Of a DNA stretch of 62,099 nucleotides, positions 1-7,925 are shown piece by piece. A program made the translations under genes and the position numbers. The first letter of the stretch is position 1. Each line of letters opens with the position of its first letter. Below the pieces are notes generated by a model, which was not told the DNA's origin, did no database searches, and worked only from the letters and a program-made list of their open reading frames with translations. Source of the DNA: an uncultured Alphaproteobacteria bacterium (GTDB lineage Bacteria; Pseudomonadota; Alphaproteobacteria; Methylaequorales; Methylaequoraceae); the NCBI GenBank assembly GCA_902625895.1, contig CACODD010000003.1, positions 1 through 62,099 of the forward strand, given 5' to 3'.

Positions 1-1557
1 CCGGGTGGTCCAGGAGATTTTGGTCCGGGTGGTCCAGGAGATTTTGCTCCTGGCGGTCCCGGAGATCCTGGACTTCCAGGCGGTCCAGGTATGCCTGGAG
101 GCCCAGGACTTCCAGGTGGCCCTAATTTTGATCCCGGTCCAGCAGGCCCAGGTGGCCCAGGTATTCCAGGTCCAGGTGGTGGCCCTAATTTTGATCCCGG
201 TCCAGCAGGCCCAGGTGGCCCAGGTATTCCAGGTCCAGGTGGTGGCCCTAATTTTGATCCCGGTCCAGCAGGCCGAGGTCCAGTCCCTGTATCTGCTCCA
301 ATTGGTAAGTTCTTGCCACCCGGTTCTTTTTTACCTCCGGGCACTATTCAACAACCAGGCGCATATATTCCTGCGGGAGTAGACGGATTTGCACCAATTG
401 CACCTGTTACTACAGCGCCTGTTCTTGGAACAGGATTTGCCGGCGGTACAGATGACGGTGGTTTTCATGGTGGCTCTGGTAGTCATGGGAGTTCTGATCA
501 AGGCCCAGGTGGTGGTCCTGGAGATACAGGTCCAGGTGGTCCCGCAGATTTTGGTCCTGGTGGTCCTATGGATATGGCTTTTGGTGCTGGCGGCCCAGGA
601 GATTTTGGTCCTGCTGGCTTTGGTCCTGCTGGCTTTGGTCCTCCTGGCTTTGGTCCTGGTGGTCCTGGAGGCTTTGCTCCTGGAGGCTTTGGTCCTGGAG
701 GCTTTGGTCCTGGAGGCTTTGGTCCTGGAGGCTTTGGTCCAGGTCAATTTGGACCAGGCGGCTTCGACCCATATGCTTCTGGTCCTGGAGCACCTGCTGG
801 AAATTTTTATTATGAAGATTCTAGCATGTTTGATAATTTTGGAGAAGCAGAAGATACCGGATATGCAAGTGGAAGTGGAAGTGGAAGTGGAAGTGGAAGC
901 AGTGCAACTACATACGTAGGATCAAATAGTGTTGATAGCGTTGATAAATCTTCCGAAACTGCCGCGTGGCGCTTTGAGGGTTACAGCGGTGCAGATATTT
1001 TTAAAGGTGGATCAGGTAATGACGTCTTCTGGGGAGCAATTGATGGTGATACTTTAACTGGTAATGCTGGACAAGATGTTTTTTATTTTGGGGATTTGAC
1101 TGAAGGAACTGATACAATAACTGACTTCACAATTGGAGCCGGTGGTGATGTTTTAAAGTTTTCTACTTCTGTACAAACAAGCTCGTACACAAGAGATGCA
1201 TCGCTTGTCAATGTTACTGCAGCTAACGGTTCAACTTACAATATGGCATTAAATTCAAATGTTCTTCCATCAATTTTTAATTTTTCATCACAATTTGCAT
1301 CATCAAACACAACAACTGGCGTTAAAAACCAACTCACAGGTTTCAAAGTTACGACTGATGGTTCTACTGCAATTTCAAATGCAACTGATTTTATTATCGT
1401 AACAGGAAGTTCAAGCCCAAATAATGGTTATGTGTATGGATGGTCAGACCAGGGAAATGGTGTTATCGACAATGGAGAACTTTTCGGCCTAGCAGTCTTA
1501 ACTGGTGTTGACACTGATAACATTGGGGCAACAAATTTTGCTTTTGGTCCAATATAA
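1..1557 (+). CDS. Gly/Pro-rich repeat protein with C-terminal RTX-type calcium-binding repeats; type I secretion cargo candidate (5' end cut by window edge)
   Basis: Frame 1 is open from nt 1 ([11 protein letters not shown]...), so the ATG at 91 is internal. It has GPGGF/GFGPA arrays and (GS)5. These are followed by [10 protein letters not shown] / [10 protein letters not shown] nonapeptide-type repeats and a TDTITDF..GGDVL tail that recurs in the next ORF. Confidence 0.8.
   Translation, partial: PGGPGDFGPGGPGDFAPGGPGDPGLPGGPGMPGGPGLPGGPNFDPGPAGPGGPGIPGPGGGPNFDPGPAGPGGPGIPGPGGGPNFDPGPAGRGPVPVSAPIGKFLPPGSFLPPGTIQQPGAYIPAGVDGFAPIAPVTTAPVLGTGFAGGTDDGGFHGGSGSHGSSDQGPGGGPGDTGPGGPADFGPGGPMDMAFGAGGPGDFGPAGFGPAGFGPPGFGPGGPGGFAPGGFGPGGFGPGGFGPGGFGPGQFGPGGFDPYASGPGAPAGNFYYEDSSMFDNFGEAEDTGYASGSGSGSGSGSSATTYVGSNSVDSVDKSSETAAWRFEGYSGADIFKGGSGNDVFWGAIDGDTLTGNAGQDVFYFGDLTEGTDTITDFTIGAGGDVLKFSTSVQTSSYTRDASLVNVTAANGSTYNMALNSNVLPSIFNFSSQFASSNTTTGVKNQLTGFKVTTDGSTAISNATDFIIVTGSSSPNNGYVYGWSDQGNGVIDNGELFGLAVLTGVDTDNIGATNFAFGPI
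118..273 (+). repeat. Tandem 63-bp coding repeat, about 2.5 perfect copies (unit [21 protein letters not shown])
   Basis: Copies at 118-180 and 181-243 are identical by eye. A third copy starts at 244 and diverges near 273. Confidence 0.9.
607..765 (+). repeat. Array of about ten 15-bp units (ggtcctggaggcttt and variants) encoding GPGGF/GPAGF pentapeptides
   Basis: Direct reading: ggtcctgctggcttt x2, ggtcctcctggcttt, ggtcctggaggcttt x4, plus degenerate flanking units. Confidence 0.9.
871..900 (+). repeat. Hexanucleotide (ggaagt)n microsatellite encoding (GS)5
   Basis: ggaagt x4 then ggaagc, inside the CDS. Confidence 0.9.
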
Positions 1558-1637
1558 AGTTTCTAAACAATAGAGCTTTTAGCTAAATAAATTTCCTTTT
1601 AGGTCGTAAATATAATATTAACAGTGGTTCGTGGAAT

Positions 1638-4331
1638 GTGCATAATGAAAATCAAATAAATGTCATTAATAAAAATAACAAAGTAGACACACTCCGATCA
1701 TCAATTGAAGATTTAAGAGATAAACTTTTTATCAATAACCTTAAAAAAGATCTTCTAGAATTTATTGATACAAATATTGAACTAGATAAAAGCAATTATC
1801 ACTTAAAAATCCCAATAATCAAAGATGCTCCATCTTGGTTTCCGAAAGCTTACTTGTCAAAAACGCAAACGGATTTAATTGCAACATCAGTTGATGGTGA
1901 AGAGTTAATTTTTTTTGATTATTTTACAAATCACAGACTTCCATCTATTCAAACCGAAAATGGTTTAAATTTTCATGGAGGTTTAGTAGATAGGTTGGCT
2001 GGTTCATTAGCAAAAGGTCAGTATGTTCAGGCGTCTCTTGATGGTGAATTATCTATAGGAGAAGTGTCGAGTTTAACGGGCGTAGCCAAAGCAAAACGAG
2101 TTGACGGCAACGAATTTAACTTATCAAATGGTGACCCTGTATTTCAGGGAGATACAATAACAGTTTCAAATTCTGGTGCGGTTGGTCTCACATTTTTGGA
2201 TAAAACCACCTTATCTTTATCTGAAGGTGGAAAGATGCTTTTAGATGAGTTGGTTTATAATCCTGAAAATGGGGATGGGAATATGACTATCGATATGGTT
2301 GAAGGTGCATTCAGTTTTATAAGCGGTGAGATAGCAAAAACTGGAGAGGATGCTATGACTATAAAAACACCTGTTGCAACGATTGGAATTAGAGGAACTA
2401 CAGTAGCTGGTAAAGCTGCAGTAGAAGGAAACGAGAACTCATTTACATTGCTTCAGGACGCTGATGGAGGAGTAGGGCAAATATCCGTAAGTAATGCTGG
2501 GGGTATACAAATATTAGAACAAGTTGGAGCAACCACAAGTATAGCTAGTTTTAATGCTCCCCCACCTCCGCCAGTTATATTAAGCGCCGCACAGATTCAA
2601 GCTAATTATGGAACAGCTTTAAACGTTTTACCACCGACACCAACTGTTCCACCCACGCCACAACAAGCGCCACCACCACAAGAGCAACAGCTAGAAGAAG
2701 CTCAAGAAGAAGTTTCAGAAGAAGAATCTGATGAAGAAGCAGAAGAAGCTTCTCAAGAAGTTCCCGAAGAAGAAGGTTCTTTAGAAGAGGAGGAGGAATT
2801 AGCTGAAGGGGAGGAACCAGCAGAAGAAGAATTAGCAAGAGCTGAGGAAGGTTTGTCTGAGGAAGATGCACCAGAGGACCGAGTGCCTGCAGGAGAAGAT
2901 GTGGCAGCGGAAGAAGACGGAGCTCCACCACCTGAGGAAGTTCAGCCTGACAGTGACGAACAAGCTGCTCGAGAGGCTTTTGATACTGCACTTGCAACTG
3001 GAGCATCTCCTGAACAAGCAATGGCCGAAGCAGCGGCAACAGTTGGTTTTGATGATTCTGTGGCCGGAGAATCAGCACTAGAAAGTGTGCAATTAGGGGA
3101 GTCAGGACCACCACTAGGTAACGATGCGTTGGGAGGAGCTCCTTTTACACAAACATTTGCTCCTGGAGTTGGAAGCCCAATATTAGGTCTGCCACTTGGA
3201 CCTACACCTATGAACGTTGGTCAAGAGTCTGTAATGATACCGGTTTTTGGTATGGGACCAGCATTTGGACCTGCAGCCATGGATGCATTTGGAGGTCAGT
3301 TAAGTGGAAGATTTGAAAACTTTCTTCAAGGTGCTTCTGGTTTTGGAGACGAAATTTTTGGAGTTTTGGATGCAAATCCATACAGTCTTTCTGAAACAGA
3401 ATCTTTTACAAGTTATTTTTTTGACGATCCATCACTCTATGATGATTATAAGAAACAAGATTTTGATCAATCAACACAAATCTCAAGTTCACCAACAACA
3501 AATACTTTTGATGGTACAAATTTAAACGACACTATTGATAAATCTTCTGAAACCGCAAGTGTTATAATAAATGGATTAGATGGAGCTGATACACTTGAAG
3601 GAGGAATAAATAATGACACAATTAATGGAGGTGATGGGATTGACAAACTAGTTGGTAATCAAGGTGATGATGTTTTAAGAGGTGATGAAGGTAATGATTT
3701 TATTTTTGGAGGTGAAGGGAATGACAAATTGATTGGAGGTTTGGGCGATGATGAACTTAACGGTGGTGACCAAGATGATATAATTGTTGGAGGCCTGGGT
3801 AGTGATACCCTTTATGGAAATGATGGTGATGACAAATTTTATTATGAACCAGGTCACATAGATGGAACTTCAAAAGATGAAATAATTGACTTTAGAGCGA
3901 GCGGTAATGATTTGATTGTAGGTTCTCAAGCTCCCTCGTCAGCTTATAATCGAAGTTTAATACACACAGACTCGTCTCAGTTCGGTAGTAACTATGATAT
4001 TACTAGTAACTCCAATGAGTTACCCTACGTATTCAATTTTACTAATGATTTAACAACAGCCGTTGCTGAGAGTTCTTCTGCTCTTGCTAATCATTTCACT
4101 GGTTTTTCAATAAGTGTAAGTGGTAGTGGAACTAATGATTTTGAAAATGAATCAATGTATATAAGCGTAGGTGACGGAACAAGCACATATATTTGGTTTT
4201 GGACTGATACTAATAATCATCACGGGATGATAGCTGATAGCGAACTTGAACCATTAGCTAAATTAAGTAATTATGATAATGATAATTTAACTGGTAACGA
4301 ATTTGTATTCCAAACAATTTCTGGAGTTTAA
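1638..4331 (+). CDS. Large RTX protein: FecR-like domain, Pro-rich segment, about 130-aa poly-acidic (Glu) block, GGxGxD nonapeptide repeats and a C-terminal T1SS-type tail
   Basis: GTG start; there is no in-frame ATG nearby. GDTITVS..LSLSEGGKM..TPVATIGIRGTT resembles the FecR fold. GGINNDTINGGDGIDKLVGNQGDDVLRGDEGNDFIFGGEGNDKLIGGLGDDELNGG are classic RTX repeats. The IIDF..SGNDL and LPYVFNF tail is paralogous to ORF 1-1557. Confidence 0.8.
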   Translation: MHNENQINVINKNNKVDTLRSSIEDLRDKLFINNLKKDLLEFIDTNIELDKSNYHLKIPIIKDAPSWFPKAYLSKTQTDLIATSVDGEELIFFDYFTNHRLPSIQTENGLNFHGGLVDRLAGSLAKGQYVQASLDGELSIGEVSSLTGVAKAKRVDGNEFNLSNGDPVFQGDTITVSNSGAVGLTFLDKTTLSLSEGGKMLLDELVYNPENGDGNMTIDMVEGAFSFISGEIAKTGEDAMTIKTPVATIGIRGTTVAGKAAVEGNENSFTLLQDADGGVGQISVSNAGGIQILEQVGATTSIASFNAPPPPPVILSAAQIQANYGTALNVLPPTPTVPPTPQQAPPPQEQQLEEAQEEVSEEESDEEAEEASQEVPEEEGSLEEEEELAEGEEPAEEELARAEEGLSEEDAPEDRVPAGEDVAAEEDGAPPPEEVQPDSDEQAAREAFDTALATGASPEQAMAEAAATVGFDDSVAGESALESVQLGESGPPLGNDALGGAPFTQTFAPGVGSPILGLPLGPTPMNVGQESVMIPVFGMGPAFGPAAMDAFGGQLSGRFENFLQGASGFGDEIFGVLDANPYSLSETESFTSYFFDDPSLYDDYKKQDFDQSTQISSSPTTNTFDGTNLNDTIDKSSETASVIINGLDGADTLEGGINNDTINGGDGIDKLVGNQGDDVLRGDEGNDFIFGGEGNDKLIGGLGDDELNGGDQDDIIVGGLGSDTLYGNDGDDKFYYEPGHIDGTSKDEIIDFRASGNDLIVGSQAPSSAYNRSLIHTDSSQFGSNYDITSNSNELPYVFNFTNDLTTAVAESSSALANHFTGFSISVSGSGTNDFENESMYISVGDGTSTYIWFWTDTNNHHGMIADSELEPLAKLSNYDNDNLTGNEFVFQTISGV

Positions 4332-4383
4332 GATGTTATATGTTTATTTTGAAGGTAAGAGAGTGATATTATAAAATAATATT

Positions 4384-5973
4384 ATGAAGTTTTGGTTTCA
4401 CATATTAAAAGAAAGTAACTCTCTAAATACTATTCTTTTATTGACTTTTTTTATCACTATAATGGGTTTATTAAGCCCAATCTTTATCATTCACATTTTT
4501 AATAGATATATCGCATTTGGCCTTCAGGGAACATTGTTTTTTCTATTATCAGGTGCTCTTTTAGTTGCAGTATTCGAGTATATATTTAGGAATATTAGGA
4601 GTAAAATCTTATGTGAACTTCTCATAAATCCAATAAAATTTTTTAAATTAGACCTAATCAAAACATTTTTTGAGAGAGAAAATAAAACCTCAAAAAGAAA
4701 TTTTGTTGAAATAATTGATTTCAACAATAATTTTTTTCAATTCTTATCACCTAAAGTTCAGTCAAATATTCTCGACTCAATTTTTGCAACTTTGATTATT
4801 ATTATTCTTTTTTTTCTGGACCTATTATTAGCAACAATTTTTTTAATTCTTGTTATTATTTTCTTGTTGTTGCAACAAAGATTAATAAAAAATAAAAATC
4901 TAAACCTGGAAAAATTAAATTTATCTAAGAATGATAAATTAATAATTAAAGAGATTGGAACTAATCAAGAGCTTTTAAAATCTACTTTAGCATTTAAATA
5001 TTCTGGATATTATCTAGAAAATTACTTAAATAAAAAATTAAAAATTGACTCTTCAACTGCAAATTTTGATGCTCAACAAATATCCACAACCAGTTTTTTT
5101 GTTTTGCTATCATCAATTATTACAATTGGATTTGGGAGTATCTTTGTCGTGAATGGGAATCTTTCTATTGGTAGCCTGATAGGATTCAACATATTTGCTA
5201 CTCGAGCTTTGGGTACAATTTCATCGGCACAAAATTCATATTCTATCATTGAGAGAACAAATATGTATCTTAATGATTGCCAAGATTTTTTCAAAAACTC
5301 TAAAAATAGAGTTGAGGGTATGCAACTAAGTAAAATTATAGGGAATTATAAACTTAAAAATATCAACTATTCTTTCGATAATGATAATAAGTATATAATT
5401 AAAAATTTCTCTGCTAATTTTAATTCTTCAGAAATTTCAGTTATTAGCGGAGCGAATGGCTCCGGAAAGACCACAATTGCAAAATTGCTCATGGGACTAA
5501 TTAATCCAGAATCTGGAGATATTTTATTAGATGAAACTAATTTGGAGAAACTATCATTGCAATGGTATAAGAATAAAGTAGCTTATATACCTGAAGATGT
5601 TGAAGTGTTAAATTCATCAATTTTAAATAATATTTTAATATCCAACCCTGATCTGAATGAACAAGAGGTTAGTAGACTGCTTCAAAATGTTGGATTAGAT
5701 AAAGAGTTAAAAAAATCAGATTTAACAATAACTGATTCTATAAATAAAAATTATTCAAAAGGGATTTTAAAAAAAATACATATTGCACGGTCGATTTCAA
5801 AAACCTATCAAGTTTATATTTTTGATGATCCGTTATTATATCTAGATAAATTAGGTAAAAATATGGTGCTGAAATTGATAGCCTCATTAAAAAGAGCTGG
5901 AAAAACCGTAATTTGTTTTTCAGAAGATTCTGAAATTATTAAACTAAGTGATAAACAAACTAATTTAGGGTGA
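4384..5973 (+). CDS. T1SS-type ABC exporter (TMD+NBD, no N-terminal peptidase/CLD domain) with non-canonical NBD motifs
   Basis: Hydrophobic N-terminal half. Walker A is GANGSGKTT. The signature position reads YSKGI, Walker B reads IFDDP and the H-loop position reads SED. It sits directly upstream of the HlyD gene. Confidence 0.8.
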   Translation: MKFWFHILKESNSLNTILLLTFFITIMGLLSPIFIIHIFNRYIAFGLQGTLFFLLSGALLVAVFEYIFRNIRSKILCELLINPIKFFKLDLIKTFFERENKTSKRNFVEIIDFNNNFFQFLSPKVQSNILDSIFATLIIIILFFLDLLLATIFLILVIIFLLLQQRLIKNKNLNLEKLNLSKNDKLIIKEIGTNQELLKSTLAFKYSGYYLENYLNKKLKIDSSTANFDAQQISTTSFFVLLSSIITIGFGSIFVVNGNLSIGSLIGFNIFATRALGTISSAQNSYSIIERTNMYLNDCQDFFKNSKNRVEGMQLSKIIGNYKLKNINYSFDNDNKYIIKNFSANFNSSEISVISGANGSGKTTIAKLLMGLINPESGDILLDETNLEKLSLQWYKNKVAYIPEDVEVLNSSILNNILISNPDLNEQEVSRLLQNVGLDKELKKSDLTITDSINKNYSKGILKKIHIARSISKTYQVYIFDDPLLYLDKLGKNMVLKLIASLKRAGKTVICFSEDSEIIKLSDKQTNLG

Positions 5974-5977
5974 AAAG

Positions 5978-7249
5978 ATGACAGAGAAATGGGTAAAATG
6001 GAATTTATTTAAAAACGATGAAAAACCAAAAAACGTTATTAGTAAAAGACTTAAAGTATCATTAATTCTTTTCTCACTTATTTTTTTGCTACTAGTGAAT
6101 TTAAAAATTATTGAGGTATTAAGCTTAGCTGACGGAAAAATAATACCCCAAGGAAGAATGAAGTATGTACAACATTTGGAAGGTGGAATAGTTGAAGAAA
6201 TATTAATTAGTGAAGGTGAAAAGGTTGAGATAAATCAACCTTTGGTTATTTTATCGAAAGAAAAAGCAAGCTCTGAATTTGAGGAGATTAACTCAAGACT
6301 TAAATCAATTGATCTGTCGATACTAAGAGTTAATTCTGAAATAAATTCTAATAATTCAATAGAAATTCCTGAAAATAAAAATGACTTATTTGATGAGGAA
6401 TTAGTAAAATCTGAAAATGAACTTTTTCAAAGTAGAAGAAAAGCAATCAACTCTGAAATAAAGTCAAAGAAAGCAAGTATTGATAAAGCTAATAAAAATC
6501 TCAAAAATTTAAAAAAAAGATTAACAATCGTAAAAGAACAAGAAGATATCAGTCAAAAATTATTAGAAGTCGAGGCAACAAATAGGTTAAAGCATTTAGA
6601 AATTTTAAGAGAAAGGCAAGAGGTTGAAGGAAGTATCGACGAACAACAATCTATAATTGATTTGAGCAAGAATGACTTAGAAAAAGTGCAAAACAATTAT
6701 ATAGAAGAATTAAATATCGAGTTGTCACAGTACAAAAAAGAAAAAGAGGAACTTAATAAAAGAATTCAGAAATATTCAGACAGCTTAAATAGAACCGTTT
6801 TAAAAAGCCCTGTATCTGGAACAGTAAAACTTGTGTCAGTAAATTCTAAGGGAGCTATAGTCGCTCCTGGCGTGACTGTTGTTGAAATTGTACCTGAAAA
6901 TGAAAAACTAATAATTGAGGCAAAATTACCTTTATCAGAAATTGGATACGTAAAAAAAAATCTTGAAGCAAAAATTAGACTGAATACACCTGAAGGCTCT
7001 AGGTTTAGATCAATAAAAGGGAAAGTTGTATTTGTAGGCGCTGACAGAATTTCTGGTAAAGATGAAGAGGGTTTTTATTTAGTCAAGGTGGAAACCTCTG
7101 AAAACTCTTTTGCACGAAAAAACGAGGAATATAAACTTTTGTCTGGTGTTCCAGTTATGGTTGGTATTATAACTGGTAAAAGAAGTTTTATGGATTATTT
7201 CTTAACGCCTTTTATAACCGGTGCAAGCTTTGCATTATCTGAAAGGTAA
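5978..7249 (+). CDS. HlyD-family type I secretion membrane fusion (periplasmic adaptor) protein
   Basis: N-terminal TM segment, GKIIPQGR..VQHLEGGIV lipoyl-like start, long coiled-coil region, and C-terminal SGTV..PG..V.IVP and GKRS..DYFL motifs typical of T1SS adaptors. Confidence 0.85.
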   Translation: MTEKWVKWNLFKNDEKPKNVISKRLKVSLILFSLIFLLLVNLKIIEVLSLADGKIIPQGRMKYVQHLEGGIVEEILISEGEKVEINQPLVILSKEKASSEFEEINSRLKSIDLSILRVNSEINSNNSIEIPENKNDLFDEELVKSENELFQSRRKAINSEIKSKKASIDKANKNLKNLKKRLTIVKEQEDISQKLLEVEATNRLKHLEILRERQEVEGSIDEQQSIIDLSKNDLEKVQNNYIEELNIELSQYKKEKEELNKRIQKYSDSLNRTVLKSPVSGTVKLVSVNSKGAIVAPGVTVVEIVPENEKLIIEAKLPLSEIGYVKKNLEAKIRLNTPEGSRFRSIKGKVVFVGADRISGKDEEGFYLVKVETSENSFARKNEEYKLLSGVPVMVGIITGKRSFMDYFLTPFITGASFALSER

Positions 7250-7250
7250 A

Positions 7251-7550
7251 TTATTTTACAGAAGATTTGGAAATTGTTTCAGATTTGAAAATTACGCCGT
7301 TTTTTTGAGAATTGAGTTTTAAATGTTTGTAAAGCTCATCAAAAATAACATTTCCTTTTCTTTCTTTGACAATGAGAGTAAGAATGTCTGCTTCACTAGC
7401 ATCACCAAATTGCTGTATGTCAAACATATCTGTGGCTCTACCATTAGCATAACCGACTGAAATAACGTCTGAGTTTTCAGAAAACTTTTTAACAACTTTT
7501 TGTCCTAAACCTTTTTTTATTAAGCCACCAATTTCAACAAACTTTGACAT
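7251..7550 (-). CDS. Small hypothetical protein, possibly a second divergent PII-like partner
   Basis: 99-aa ORF 2 nt downstream of the PII-like gene. The C-terminal ILTLIV..GVIFKSE pattern loosely resembles the PII beta-alpha-beta fold. The functional call is weak. Confidence 0.45.
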   Translation of the reverse strand: MSKFVEIGGLIKKGLGQKVVKKFSENSDVISVGYANGRATDMFDIQQFGDASEADILTLIVKERKGNVIFDELYKHLKLNSQKNGVIFKSETISKSSVK

Positions 7551-7552
7551 AT

Positions 7553-7909
7553 TTATCCTCCAGCTCGTTTAATGACATCTTTAGGTATATATGTCGCAAC
7601 TCTGTCAAGTTTAACCATCCACATTATGCCTTTACCAGGTGTATCAAGATTTCCGGCTAAATACATTGATTCAAAGACTCTGTTCGATTGTTCTTTAGAA
7701 ACTATAATTCTTATTATTTCTTTTTGTTCATCTATAGTTACTCCAAGAAGTCCCATTCTATCCCTAATGCCTGTACCCCTGGCATAATTAATTGTTGCAC
7801 CTTGGGCTCCAACACTGGTGGCAGCATCTATGATTTTGTCGGCTAGACCACTTTCAACAACACAAGTGATTAAAAAAACGTCTGTTAAATAAGTGATATC
7901 TCTGGCCAT
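7553..7909 (-). CDS. PII-like (GlnB-fold) signal transduction protein
   Basis: 118 aa. The layout (FLITCVVESGLADKIIDAA..GAQGATI..ARG.G, ..IIRIIVS......VFESM...) matches PII-family proteins that accompany DUF1538 membrane proteins. Confidence 0.65.
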   Translation of the reverse strand: MARDITYLTDVFLITCVVESGLADKIIDAATSVGAQGATINYARGTGIRDRMGLLGVTIDEQKEIIRIIVSKEQSNRVFESMYLAGNLDTPGKGIMWMVKLDRVATYIPKDVIKRAGG

Positions 7910-7925
7910 AATTTTTTCCTTTTAG

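Noticed and set aside
52-123. Collagen-like triple-helix domain (eight G-X-P triplets).
   Set aside because: The Gly-every-third-residue periodicity breaks after 8 triplets and is absent from the other repeats. That is too short and irregular to call a collagen domain.
118-900. Possible CRISPR or other non-coding repeat array.
   Set aside because: The repeats are contiguous with no unique spacers, are multiples of 3 nt and sit in frame inside a long ORF. The same holds for 17495-17641.
5-919. Overlapping ORFs in other frames and on the opposite strand across the G/P repeat region (track ORFs 5-382, 331-747, 389-919, 566-793).
   Set aside because: GGN/CCN-rich repeats lack stop codons in most frames, and Gly and Pro codons are reverse complements of each other. 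Only frame 1 continues into a non-repetitive RTX domain with recognisable motifs.
2602-3114. Antisense and alternative ORFs within the poly-Glu block of the 897-aa RTX protein.
   Set aside because: GAA/GAG repeats keep other frames open (Leu/Phe/Ser-rich translations). These ORFs have no independent start signals.
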